Positions 35,701 to 55,300 of a stretch of DNA of 64,000 bases are shown here, in pieces. The notes beneath the pieces are model-generated. The model searched no databases. It worked only from the letters and a program-made list of their open reading frames with translations, and was not told the DNA's origin. Numbering within the stretch: position 1 is the stretch's first letter; each line of letters opens with the position of its first letter. The translations under genes were made by a program, and so were the position numbers. Source of the DNA: Lingula anatina (lineage: Eukaryota > Animalia > Brachiopoda); contig CM120640.1 of assembly GCA_051362555.1 (NCBI GenBank), forward strand, positions 52,988,788 through 53,052,787, in the 5' to 3' direction.

Positions 35701-38318
35701 GCTGTTATTTTGTCCATAATTGAAAATGGGAGATTTTGTTCCACACAGAGATCGACGAAGGCAACCTCCGCATCAATCACATTATATTTCAGTTGAGTCG
35801 TCTTTTGTAAGAACTTGCTCATGTTTGAGCTGACTGCGGCCTTCGCCAACTTGGCATATTCAGCGTGTTTCTTCGACTGCACATGTCGGCGGCAGTCATC
35901 CCGGCCACCGTGCGCGATGGAAATGTCCACGCGGCACACTTCGCAATACGTATGACAACTGCCTTGTTTGCTTGCCTTTAAGCAAGGCCACTGTAATGTG
36001 TAGCTGGGGATAAAGTTTTGGCTCCGTTTCTTCGCGCTTTTGTCATTTTCTTCGCCTTTACGCTACTCCGCCATTTCTGACAACACGTGTGTAGCAGAAT
36101 GAAACTGGTGATCTTTTCAATACGCATGCGTCAGTCCCTACATAGATTACTTACACTAGACATGATTGGATAGTTAGATACGACACTTCCGCTATTGTCT
36201 TGTGGACTCTACTTACTACGGTATAAACAAAAACAAACAATTCAATCAATGGTTATATTAAATATACCCTAATAAAACGTATTTCAAAACTATTCTTCCG
36301 TAACATCGTATTTTATTGTCAAATCCGTACAAAATACGGCCAAATCGTAACGATAGGCATCTCTGGTTAAACATAATGTTAAATTGCATCAAAATCAACA
36401 AAAATCCTATATTGTTTTTGCCATTTTCTGCTTTATGCCTGTATGTTTGACAGCTTTGCTGCCTTGTTAAACTCTTTATTCATGTGTTGCCTGTTTTTTT
36501 AATTAAGGCAGTTTTCTTAATAAGTGATGTGAACACGACATTAACTGACAGCCATCATGACTTGTTAGTTGCTGTTTTATAATGAACAGCTGTTAATCTC
36601 TTCATTGCTGATATGAAAAAAACCTGCAGTTGACTGACCATCTCATATAAAACCCCATAAATATGAGTTCATACCATAGGGTTTTAGTGGAATTGGTGTA
36701 GATGATGGATATAACTGTGGGACTGAATGTCGTCTAGTTGAATTACATCCAGATCAGCATTTCAGTTTTAAAAAAAACTTGCTCTTAGATTTGAAAATGG
36801 TCTTCATCTAAAATAGTATGTTTTCAGCTTTTACTTTTTAAAAGAATTGTCATGGTGAAATTTTGGAAACCATGAATAAGATTGAAAAAAATAATTTTTG
36901 AGCAAATTTGTTTGTAGAGCACAGTTTCTTTCCAAGATGAGAAGTCTAAACCTTCAAATTTGTATCATTTCAGGGGATGAACAGTGGCCACCTCTATGTG
37001 CCCTAAAGTTTATTAGTGGAGATCAGCTGGGCAATGTGGAGAGGGCTGTAGTAGAGCCATTGAGGCCTGGAGAGATGACTGATGTTAGTATAGAGATGTT
37101 TAGTCCTTCAGCCGTGGGGACATATCAAGGGAAATGGAGGATGACTACACCAACTGGAATGTATTTTGGAGGTAATTGACTTTTTATATACCACAGATTT
37201 TACAATGATAATACTAATAATAATCATAATTGAATGTTGTAATTGCTTTTGTGAAGTCCAATAATTTATGAAGCATAAATGTTAATCGAGTGGATACAAA
37301 TGAACAAACCAAAAGAAAAAAAAACTTTACCAGCTTAAAACTTTCAAAAAGTCTGCTTCTGAAATGCAGTCAGTGAAATTTCAGTTGAAAACTACAAAAT
37401 TAATTCTTCTGTTGTGTAATTTGAATGGACTGTATGTATGCATCGCAGTTGATTTATTGGTTACATGAAGCAGAAGAAATGTTTGAAATAAATTTAAGAA
37501 ATTAAAACAGTCATTGACAGATAAAATAGATTTTCAATGAATTTGATTTGACAATGCGTGAGGATGAAATTTAGCCAATTTCCTTTTTTTACAGATGTTA
37601 TATGGGTTATACTAGCAGTAGATGAAGGTGGTTTACTTGGTGTAACACAACAATTATCACAGTTTGAAGGCGTTGGCTGTGCTAGTCCACATAAACTTGA
37701 AAATGTTCAAAATCCTTTTGCTTCTCCTAATAAACTTTCTGATGGTGCTGAATCCTCATTTGATTCCACAGCGGTATGTTGTGGGGACCATGAGAGGTTT
37801 TGTAGAGCACACATGAGTTCAAATTGTCCTGAAAGGAGGGTCCTCTTTCAGGTAGGTATTTACACCAAGATGTATTAACTTGATTTGTCTGCTATATTTT
37901 TTCTGTGAAATTCCTGTACAAAGTGTCTCATATTTATGTCAATTTTATTTTTGTTCATCACATGTATCTTTGACACAAAACATTATTTATGTCATTGGAA
38001 TGCCTTACTGATGTTACTTAATATAAAACATTATTGCAGTTTGATATTTCTCCCAGATGAGATGTGATCTATTCAGCAACTTGTAAGATAAAAGAATACA
38101 AAGTGTTTTATTTTATAACCAAGGTGAATTCAAAATCATGTTAAAGGCACACACTGTGCGTACAACAATCAAATATGAAATTAATTGCAAGGTTTATTTC
38201 ACTGCTTACATAATTTTTTTTTATATTTCAGACTGAAACAGGTGCAACTGTGCCATTATCAGGAATAGAAATGAATCATAGACTTGAAACCAGTAGTGAA
38301 GATGCAGACATGTCATAA
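32778..38318 (+). CDS. ILRUN: ILRUN/C6orf106 (UBA-like plus NBR1-like/FW domain); exons 32778-32932, ~34220-34374, ~36974-37171, ~37595-37851, 38232-38318
   Basis: MEVDSDL..FSCLGTTDKEVLISEFQR...GCAFFLDMNNW|NLQAAICSYYD...LPSMSLVRDITIGEGESVPPNIKFVKTWRIQNTG..WP..YQGKWRMTTPTGMYFG|DVIWVIL..GGLLGVTQQLS. Confidence 0.95.
33372..33815 (-). pseudogene. Decayed LINE ORF1-like (Tnp_22-type) remnant
   Basis: The minus strand reads ...IVKFNNYKDRETILRRAKEIIRGNRKMNVTQGSPRNMKEVNRK...ARAERKTAFVNYDKLVINRKK*, a typical non-LTR ORF1 C-terminal pattern, with stops upstream. Confidence 0.6.
34982..36365 (-). mobile_element. Defective hAT-superfamily DNA transposon (internally deleted)
   Basis: TIR CAGAGATGCCTA / TAGGCATCTCTG, flanked by the 7-bp duplication GTTAAAC. 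The minus-strand transposase N-terminus (YCEVCRVDISIAHGGRDDCRRHVQSKKH...VEQNLPFS..D...FSDSEIAKSFACGRSK) has a stop at codon 4 and no catalytic core. Confidence 0.85.
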
Positions 38319-39218
38319 CAGTCGTTATTCTTTTCATCAAAATCATTACCATGAATGAATGTGAACAGCAGAAGAGAAAAAGATTGAGCATGTGGATTTC
38401 ATTTTCTGGACTCATTGCATTGCAGATATTGGAATGTGGAGTCAAGTGTGAACTTCTAGATTTTTTTAAAATCATGTAGGTTAGAATTTCTGTAAATCTT
38501 CCAGGTTGAGGGGCAGTAAATTTATTAAAATTTTCCTTTCAAAATGCAATTCTCTTTGTAAAATATGAAGTTAAGTAACTGCTTTATTTGTATGGCTCCC
38601 AGTATATTATTTAGAACTGGAAAAATTAGGATGTACACAAACTTTAAAATATTTTATTCATTTATATTAGAAACTTTATATAATCTGGACTTTTCACTTT
38701 GGAAAAAACTAAGAGCACAAAGGCTTTATGAAATAATGGGAAAATTTTCATTATTTTTAAACATAGAATTGGTCAAAAGATACTACAAACTAGCATTGGT
38801 AAAATCATGTTACTGTGCAATCTTTCTGTATTTAAAAGTGAAACATATTTTGGTGGATTATATTAGATTTACACAAACACCTTAACCTAAACCAGATCTA
38901 ATAAAAACCTCTATGTGGTAATTATGAAAGAATTGGTTAAATACCACTTATAAAGCTTTCTCTCGAAAACGAGATTAATCCCTAATATTTAAAGGACACC
39001 GTTATGTTTTTCAGGTGTAAGTTCCCTGCACATATTTATAACAAGTTTTCTTCAGATCTAACAAGATTCATAAGCTTTGTATGCGTATCAGAAAATGAGA
39101 GGTGCTCTCAACACAAAAAGTGAAAAACTTTGTAAACACACGTCTTTGTAAACCATCTTTGCATAGGGGATCGGGGGTCAAGTTGAAATCAACAACTTAT
39201 TATGGTCTTGGTCATAAC

Positions 39219-39374
39219 AAGTGTTTGCCTCTTAGGAAAATTAGTTGCTGGACCGCAAGTCCAGCCATCTTGAAAAGTATCTGGACTGAATGTCTGCCGG
39301 GTGGGAAAACTTCTCAGCCCGTTCTGAAAGTTGTTAGCCCCAGGCAGACGGTCCAGCCTTAATTTCTAACACTG
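39219..39374. mobile_element. hAT-type MITE (second copy)
   Basis: Homologous to 20304-20451; 8-bp TSD GTCATAAC. Confidence 0.85.
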
Positions 39375-39472
39375 GTCATAACTAACTTTATGGTCAATTA
39401 GTCCAAAGACCAAAATCCAAAGACCACTAACTGATTGTAGTGAGGAGATGGTCAGTATTGTTCTCTAACAAA

Positions 39473-43463
<3,991 letters not shown>

Positions 43464-43849
43464 TTTGTTTGGAGGAAGAGGTGCTGGGTGAGAGGTGCCT
43501 TGGTTGAAAAGCTGCCTTTAAATTACAGAGTAGAATAAACAAAACTGCTGATAGATAATGAAAGTTTTTAATGATGAAACCATGCACTACAGTTGCCACT
43601 GATAACAAATTATGAATGCTAAAAATGAAATTGTAAAAATTAAAAAAAAAAACTAGCCGAATACCGACTCTGACTAAGTTCAAATTTGTCTGGATTTATT
43701 TCTCTGTCTGTCACTATCTTCTAAATAAAAAAATTAAAAAAGTCAAAGTAGCATCATAATATTTCAGCAAGTAAGATAAATGCAAAAACGTTTACCGCTA
43801 TTTGGTGAATAAAGCGCTTGTTTTTCAACTCACCTTTCAGCAGAGAAAT

Positions 43850-43865
43850 ATTTCCCGCGAAAATT
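43850..43865 (-). promoter_or_regulatory. Double E2F-type site at the TYMS 5' end
   Basis: TTTTCGCGGGAAA (overlapping opposed E2F motifs) lies next to a strong minus-strand donor AAG|GTGAGT at ~43832, likely a 5'UTR exon. TYMS is a classic E2F target. Confidence 0.65.
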
Positions 43866-44187
43866 TGTTTGAGATTTACGTGACCTTGCCCCCCTACATC
43901 GCTCAGGTCGTGTTGTGTTAACCGCTCAATTGAAGATATAATAACCGAATACGAGGCTTGTTGTGGCATGTAGTCACTTCCTGTTCAATTCTTATACTCT
44001 CTTAACGAGAAAATTCAAAGAATATTTTTAGTACCGAATTTGCTAAATGATGAAATTTTTTTCTTTGTTTATTAACAAAATTCTATAATTTTCCATGATG
44101 TATCATTTAAATGTTCAAATAGACTTTGAAATAAAATTTGGATTTGAGAGTAAAATACTTTGATTCCACTCAGGACAACCCTGTTAA

Positions 44188-44231
44188 CTTCCTCTTTTAA
44201 GCACTGTGGAGGCCATTGCCACACTCAAATA
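44188..44231 (+). promoter_or_regulatory. RPS16 TCT initiator/5'TOP non-coding first exon
   Basis: Pyrimidine tract CTTCCTCTTTT followed by a short exon ending AATAG|GTATC, as expected for ribosomal-protein genes. Confidence 0.65.
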
Positions 44232-44352
44232 GGTATCAAGCCAAAAAAGCTACCCTTTTTACGTGATAATTCTGTAATTGGGCATTGAATTAATGTTATC
44301 ATTTCCAATAAACGATCTCCCGTGACGTTTACTTTATGTTTTGTATTGTAGG

Positions 44353-46475
<2,123 letters not shown>

Positions 46476-46860
46476 GAACTGTCGTATCAAATATGAACAT
46501 GGACTATGTTTAAAAGAAACTAAAAATGGAAATAAAGTGAAAAAAATACTAAACAGATTTTCTTTTATTTTATGATAAAGAAACCTGTGCATACAAACGA
46601 GATGTTAGTTAAAAGTTCTCATAGTATTATCCCTCTATCTTATTGGCACATAAACTGCAAACAATGATTTTAGGTTCCTTTTACCATTTATAGGGTCAGT
46701 TAATTGCATTTACGTGTTTGTGAGAACGTTTTGTCAGTAGTATAAAATGGTTAAAGATTTGCAGACTAATCACTATGACAGGTCAGTTTGGAAACTTAAA
46801 ATTCTGGTTCCAGTTGAAATGTTATTGATTAGCTGTAGGAAAAAATACTAAGAAAAACAT

Positions 46861-47092
46861 TAACACCCCATTTCCATAGATTTTTAGATCGATCTATCCC
46901 TGTGGGGAGTCTCACTAGATTACTGTCAGCTTGGCCGGCTTAAGCGTCTGTCCCACCTACTAAAAGCTGTAAGGGGGTAATTAACTATGGTGCCCGCTCG
47001 GCTGACTGCAATTTAGCGTGAACCCCCAGGGAGTTAGGTCGATCTAAAACTTAATCTTTAGATCGATCTAAATCTCTGGGAAAGCACCTTAA
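46861..47092. mobile_element. Foldback MITE family A copy
   Basis: Nearly identical to 49442-49670. Confidence 0.85.
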
Positions 47093-47700
47093 AATTGTAT
47101 AAATTAAGTCTTGCTTAGAGTGAGCATTTTTATTACTGCAAAACGAGCAAGCGTAGCCTGCATACACAAGTCTCAAAACTGCTGTTTTCGTCAACTACAT
47201 TATATACTTAATATTAACCTCCTTGGCAATCCACTTCTCTGGAGTCTACAATATTTACATTGGTCCATAAGCAAACTGTTTCATTGGAATATATAAGCAA
47301 CTTCACCAGATTTGAGTGTTCCAAAGTGCTGTGACTATCTTTTAAGAATACACTACTGAGGCAAAGGCAACGTAGCACACTAAAAGGAACTTCGTGAAAA
47401 TTATAGACAATTTTAATAATGTAGCATTTTTCTTTTTCCATCATGACATTCATTTACATTTGAATTGCTCAAGACAATACATCTATTGCACAATACTGAT
47501 AGATTTTCTTGTCTAAATATAATGATTTGTCATTATCATAAAATATTCCATCATGAATGCACCACTTCTGAACTCTTGCATGATGTTGTATAGATATCAC
47601 CAGGCAATGCAAACTGCCATCATTGGATGTGACATGAATGTCATTAACAGTATAACATGAGTGTCATCTGTCACTGAATATTCTTCAAAGGTCACTTTGT

Positions 47701-49964
47701 TCATCGCAAAAGAGCTTTAATGTCATCTTTTTCGGCACAAGCTGCATAGGACTGGCCGTCTGGTGCTTTGCCATCTTTCTTGGCACCCTATAAGAATAAA
47801 TTGAACTTCAAATTTTGCTAGAAAACTTATGATATATTGAAGGCAACAGTTAAAATCATCAGTCCCTAAAAAAAAAAAAAAATCTTGGACCACCATTGAA
47901 AAATATTTCTGCACTGGATAATGTGAAAGACCAAATGATGCCTAACTGTATGTTGCTTTGATTGTGCGAACCACTTAAAGATATGGAACAAATTTGAATG
48001 TGTGACCTTTATCAGCTCAGTTTACTTTATATAGTTAACTAGTATCTAAAAATGATGACAAAATGTACATACCTTTTCTATTAGTAATTTAACACATTCT
48101 GTGTGACCTTCCCAGATTGCAGCTAGAAGTGGGGAAATGCCATGTTTATCATTAACCTAAGGAAAAAAGAACAGGGAATATTTTTGTAAATGTCCTTTTC
48201 CAAGTATCAGCCTCTAAAAATTTAAAAGCAAAAATGCTGACTGATTATACTCTCATGAAAAAAAAAAGCCATGGTTGTACCCCTGCAGCATGCAAAGTGG
48301 CATGCTTGTTTAAGAGTGTATTGAATGACTCACTTGCCTCAACATCACCTGTAAGAGATATTCTTTAATGACTGAGGCATGACCTTTTTGTTCTTATTGT
48401 AAGTAGGGCCTTTAAAAGCACACATATTTACAAATGTCTTTATAAAAAAGAAATTGTAAAATAAAAGCAATAAAGGGAATTGACTGCAAAATTAGCTTAT
48501 GAACACCTGCCGTCTTAACCCAGAGCTAGACATACAACATTGAGCATTCCCAGGACACAGACTCTTATTATCTGAAGGACACTAGTCAAGGAATATTAAA
48601 ATCACCTACAGTTATACTACACTTGCTTTGAGAAGTGGGAAACCATGATATTTGCAGATTCACACAGCTTTCCATTTTTTGAAACTTATGTAACAGATAA
48701 AGCATCAGAGTAAAAATCTCTGGATATCATTTTATTGTTAGTTTAAATTCCTGTCTTTACTGGGTTTTATCAACAATGGCACTTGATACATCTTTGATCA
48801 GCACTTTTGTCTTGTTAAACTGGATGAATTTATTTCAATAAGTCTTAAATACACAAATCAAGAATAGATATGAAAGGAAAGGCCTTTTACTTACATCAAC
48901 CTTAGCACCTTTGGAAATTAAGTATTCAATAACACTCAGCTGTCCATAATCTGATGCAAAGTGAATTGGGTATCTTCCATCAACTTCACTGTTTACATCA
49001 CACTTCTGAAAAAAGGTCATTTGAATGAAATTTCTTTTACAATGATTATGGTGCATTTAGCTTGCATAAGAATACATACATGTATGAACTACACTATAAT
49101 AACCTTACTCCCAATTGACTGGCTGACAAAGGAATGTTCATGTAGGTTTATGGTCAACATTCAAATACCATATATATATTTCGGGACCATTCCTAGGCCA
49201 TATCGTACTAACTGTGGATTGATCTATCTTAGAGAGGATTCTCGCTAAATTGCTATCAACTTCAGCGGCTTAAATGTCTGTCACGTCTACTCAAGCTGCT
49301 AGGGGGTAATTAATTATTGTTTAGCAGCTTCAGTAGGCGAGTCAGACATCTAAACTGCTTAAGCTGAAAGCCATTTAGTGAAAAACCCCTTAGCGATGGT
49401 TCAATCCTGTTAGATCGATCTAGGTATGGGAACCTAGTCTTACACCCCATTTCCATAGATTTTTAGATTGATGTATCCCTGTGGGGAGTCTCACTAGATT
49501 ACTGTCAGCTTGGCTGGCTTACGTAAGCGTCTGTCCCGCCTACTAAACGCTGTAAGGGGGTAATCAACTATGGTGTCCGCTCGGCTGACTGCAATTTAGC
49601 GTGAACCCCCAGGGAGTTAGGTCGATCTAAAACTTAATCTTTGGATTGATCTAAATCTCTGGGAAAGCACATGACAAACTAAGGGAGAGGACAACTGATT
49701 ATAAACTCATGGAATTAATGTGTTACTCTCCGCTACATGTGTGGTCTACAGTTAAACATATATAATTCCCCTCCAGTTTAACCAAATTAACTGTTAAGAC
49801 TTTTGCGACAGTTTATCCTTGTAATTTGTGTGTTTATTAAACAGTAATTTTCAAAACTACATACACAGTGCCCTGCACTGATATCTGCTTATCTCGAGTT
49901 GTTACAAATGTATTTTCCTCTGTACCTCTTCATAGATATCCATCAATATATATACTTTTACTTT

Positions 49965-50037
<73 letters not shown>

Positions 50038-50563
50038 TGCTATTGCCTTTATCTGCATTTGGAGGCTCATACATGTAGGTACATGTACATACAAGAGTGA
50101 ATAACATGTCTATAAGCACTATAAGTGTGTCATTGTCAATATCTATATTTGGAAGCTCATACATGTACGCACGATGGCTACAACATGTACGTATGGATAC
50201 GTATACTTTTACAGTAACAGTATTATTACTGCTATAATGGTATAAATACGCTAATATTATAGCAGAATTGACATTAACGATCCCCAAGTCCGCAACAGTT
50301 TAGACTGATGTAATATGTTCTTGACAACTTAGATCCTCCCCAAAATTAATGAAATGAATAACTCATCAAGTAAGCATCCACGAGTATGTGAGAGGGAGAC
50401 TTTTAGAAGTTCTACCGTACAGTATCTAGAAGATGGGTGTTGCCATCCTTGCATTCTGTAAGTTAAGGACAAACTGATTTATGTAAAAACTCACCGAAAT
50501 TTCAACGCATTCTTTGACTTTTTCTAAATCCCCATTTTTGATACTCCACACAAAGTCACTCAT
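47701..50563 (-). CDS. MTPN: Myotrophin (ankyrin-repeat protein V-1); exons 50563-50495, ~49005-48895, ~48157-48074, ~47787-47701
   Basis: [18 protein letters not shown]..|[28 protein letters not shown]|[28 protein letters not shown]|[20 protein letters not shown]. Confidence 0.95.
49183..49670. mobile_element. Two abutting family A foldback MITEs (49183-49441, 49442-49670)
   Basis: GGGACCATTCC...GGGAACCTAGTCT is immediately followed by ACACCCCATTTCCATAG...CTGGGAAAGCAC. Confidence 0.8.
49967..50032. repeat. (AT)n microsatellite
   Basis: Long AT run. Confidence 0.95.
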
Positions 50564-52326
50564 CGTGCACAGTACTTTAAATAATTATTAAACTCCAGGA
50601 AATGGATATGTCACTTGCCGGCCGGAAATGGGTAACTTAGGAGTCAGCACTGACTAATTATAGAGATCCAATTGGTGTATTGTATTGTACCACTAACACA
50701 ATCACAACACCTCCAAGTCCTGTCTCTCCCAATGCAATATCATATTAAACAAGTGCTCGGTTTACTTCTCTTTTAGTAATACATATATGTGGCATTGACG
50801 GTAAAATAGGTGTACTTATCGGTCAAAATACAAACACAGGACCAATTTTTTTGAGACACAAGATGAGTTGCAAATTGCTACATCAGATCAAGATTTTGAA
50901 AAGCTTTGGTTTAGCTATAAACAAATGCAGAATTTGATTCAAAACCAGATTGAATCAGGCCATGATGGTTACCCTAATGTAAACCTAATAAAAATAATAC
51001 TTTGGACTGGAGACAGGCTGGAGATAAATAACATACCATAACTGTTTTCTTTACTCTCTGATAAAATGAAACAAACTGCATGGATATGGGGCAAAATGTT
51101 TTATTGGGAACCCAGTCAAAAAAGCTGATACACACATATACGGATATCAAAGTACTAGTAAAACATAAAATTCAAGATCTTTGAAAAAAATGGATATGAA
51201 AGTGTTTTACATATGACCATTTTGATTATATAAATCACCAAATGTAACTTGGCTACTAAATGTACTAGTACATATTGGTGAAAACATCATTCTTGAAAAT
51301 AGGCACTTAACAACAATTTATAACAACAATTTGTTTTCAGACGATATATGTAAATATATAATTTCCAATAACACCACACAACATTTTTGCACAAATAAAA
51401 GTGTACATGCACATTACTGTTCATTCAGCTTTAAGTCCGAACTGAAAAAGATAAATAATCTCTTAGATAAGGAACGTAATGGAGAGAAGCCAATAAGCAA
51501 CAGGATATATATATCAAAATGGCACCAGCAACTTTGCTAATTTCTATCAATGAAATAGATTAAATTTAGAAAATTAATAATTTACCACTTTCTTTATGTT
51601 GAAACCCCCTACATTATCCCTTCAAGTTTCTAGAAGCAGAATATTATCAGATCATTTTCAGCAAGATTACACAATGTCTTGTGTATTGTTATTATAATTA
51701 AAATCCTTCTGAAACTGGATGGCAGCATCTACGTACACTGCTATTACCACTATCATTAAATCATTAAATTTTTAAAGTACACAAGACCAGTGAAGAGTTT
51801 CTTGGTACTTATAACAAAATGCATAAAAGATCTCATCAAATTGTACTTCATTTTAAATATTTCATACAGTACTACAATATCTAAATGAGAGAAAAACTTA
51901 TACTCATGCATAACAAACTTAAATAAAGTTAATTTTCTTTCTTTTGAGCAAGTACAAATAAATTACTTGAATGTGACCAATAACATGATGCAACAGCCTT
52001 AATTGATTTCTAAACTTTTCATCAATATTTGTCCATTCCAATTTTATTTTATATATCAAAACTTGAAAATTTTGAAGCAGAATAGCATAATTCATCCTAG
52101 ATTTGATACTGGCAAGGCTACTAGTGCAGTATATTCTCCAATGGGAGCATCAAATGACAGGTGAACACAGAGTTACTGCAGCTGTGTCTACATTACGTCT
52201 ACATTACCAGCACCATTTTGTATACTTGCTAACAAAATCATTTGTAAGCAAAAAGTATGTATAAATTGTTTTTATTTAACTTTGGATGCCTTCAGAACTT
52301 CTACAAGGAGAAGTATTTTGACAATG

Positions 52327-55300
52327 TTATGGTGAAAATATTCCTAAAAAGGTAACAGCTACTGCTGCAGTAAATATTGAGACAACAAAGGTGAAACCTT
52401 CCATCTGGCCAATCATATTTCGAATATATTCCACAAATGTCCTGAACATGTTTGCTGGGGGTTTCTTCTCAGGTTTCTGAAACATAAATAAAGATCATAT
52501 TGGAGATGGGAATATATTAACATTTGTAATAATGGTACTTGATCATCAATCCAACAAGGAACAAATTATCCACAACAAAAGGATTTTGAAATTACACTTT
52601 TATCAAGTGAGAGAAAACAAATTAAATTTACCAATAATATCATATATGATATATCGTATCAAAGTAATGCTATACAGGGTTTTCATGTCAAATGTAATTT
52701 TTTATCACATTGTAGCATTATTCTCTTACACACAAAAAGTTTTTGTTCCTGCATTAGAATTCAATGCCATTTCAATGCCATTTCAAAAATTAAAAAAAAT
52801 TAACTTTTTTTTTCTAAGTGAATGACCCATCTTCCTGGCATTTCAGAAGGAAATATTAACATCTGGTACTTTCATTTGAAGTGCTCTTTCTTTTATGGGG
52901 ACTGAATTAGGAAAGACGTACATCTAACTTTGCAGTATATTTAGATATAAAAAAGTAACACAGACATTTTCAAATGAACACAGAATACCATTAATCAACA
53001 TTTCTCTCAACATAACTCAAAATAACTGCTTGCATTTACCTAATGAAATGCACCTTCTCACACAAGGTATGCAAAATTAGCCTTTCATTCAATTATTATG
53101 AATGATACTTGAATAAAGTTATTCAAACTATAAATGTATAAATAAATTGTTTTGATGAACTTACATATATAATGTTCTGCTGCCTCATATATTGCACCAA
53201 TGAGTCCTCGTCACTAGACAAAATTGGGAGGTAGTCATTTTTCTTTTGTCTCCACCACCAGTTTTTAGTAGAATATCTAGGAAAAAATAAAATAATGTAA
53301 ATATGTCAAGGCAACGCTGTCTTGATGTTTTCTTGGTTTTTGAAATATAACTGGCCTCTTCATTCTATCCATTTTTGAATAGCATTGAGACTTAATCATA
53401 TTTCATCTAAGTGGAAATTATTTGCAAAATTAGTTTTAGAGGTGACAAAATAACAATCATTCAACATTGAGTAATACAAATAAAACCTTTGTCTTTGGCC
53501 ACTTTTGCATATCTATAAAAATCCCATAATCCGGTTACTGTTACCTTTTTTTCTTTTTGTCCCAGCTGGTGTAGTGATAATGGAATAAATTAGCTCTGAT
53601 ATACTTAGGTGGGTGATCAGGGAAAGGATTGTACTGGATTAGTTCCAGCACTTCTGGCTGACCAGTTAGGAGTCTGTATGCCAGGTTCACCAGCCATGGG
53701 TTCTGCTGGTAGGTTCCTAGAGCAGCAAACCACATTTGCCAGTCTAAACGTGGCTGGTGAGGAGCTGGAAACAAAAGATAACATAACAGACTAGTTAAGT
53801 ATCCCAGGTTTATGAGACAGATTTGAAGTTGTTTGTGCTACTCTATCAATGACAAAGTCTTCATCAGACTTTTCTTAACATATATGCAAATATATAATTT
53901 CAAATAATACCAAACCACTTTTCACATAAGTAAAATAGTATGTATGCATACAGCTGCTTATTCAGTTTTAGTCAACTGAGGAAAAGTAACCCTAATAAAC
54001 TCTTGCAGGGTAAGGAGCACAATAAAGAGATGGTAATTATCAAAATGGAAACCATAAGATTTGCCTTTTTTTCTGTCAAGCTATTTAGAAAATTAATCAT
54101 TTACCATGATTACCTTTATGTTAAAACTACATACTTTATCCCTTCAAGTTTCGAGAAGCATAATACTCTCAGATCACACAATGTCTGAAAATATATGTGC
54201 ACTAAATATTCTTTGTCAATATCTTTTACATACCAACTATTGGTAGTCTTCGTGAAACATTGCCAGGTTTGTAATAAAATTCATATTCTTTCCATCCATA
54301 ATCCATGCTGTTACTGCCCTCTATTATAACTTCTGGGCGTCCACCCACTCCCGTCATCCTAAAAAGAATTTATTAATAATATATAATTCAGATATAAAGG
54401 ACTAAATATTTGTAATTCATATGAAAACCTTTAAAAATGTTTCTATTGAAAAGGTATAGCTGGGAGTGAAATTTACCAATATGTGAATGAGCACATGCAA
54501 ATGTCCAGTGCAAAAATAACAAGACAAACAAATTTTTCTGTAATATCCCCATGGCATATTAAGTTGTCATTGATAAGACAATGGGAAAAGCAAACTTAAC
54601 ATGAAAGTGGTTGGATCTCAAAAGTTGCAACACAATACAGCTTTAACAAAGAATTTTAAGTGAATGATCTGTACATTTATTTCAAGCACACACAATTTTC
54701 ATTAAGTAAACATATATTTCATACAAAATTTAATAAAAGAGCATGCAAATCAAAACTATATGGCCATTAAGGGCTTACGTTCTAAACAAGCCATATGCAT
54801 TGGAAATCTCATAGGGTCTCACATGCCCATGCCATTGATGAATTGAAGGCCAAAGTTGTTGTTTAGTTTCCCATTCTATATCAGTATGAGGGACCTAAGG
54901 AGAGAACACAGGGAAAAAGCACAATATAGGTGCACAGCAGTCCGACAGAGTCTGGCCTTTAGTAACAAAAACATAAGCCATAACCTTCAATGGCCAATGT
55001 GTGTCTGCTTCATGGAAGTTTCTCAGGAAAAGACTTATTTTGTTAATGAAACTATGATTCCATAAATATACCATTCCTTTTTCAAGAAACTTCCAAGATA
55101 TAAACCTCAAACCATTCATGACAAACACTATTATCCCAGAATAATTGTAATTTAAGAAAGTGAATGTCATTCATTTCTTGTTTACAAACTACCTACAACC
55201 CATTTATGTCTAAAAACTAAAGAAATTAGCAAATTTACTGCTACAAACAACATGTCACTAAGATTTTATCATCATTTTGATGTAGGAACAACCCCCAAAC

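Noticed and set aside
43754-43969. 71-aa ORF as the TYMS first coding exon
   Set aside because: Splicing at the GTGAGT donor in this frame hits a stop in the next exon; the ATG at 43463 fits the TYMS frame.
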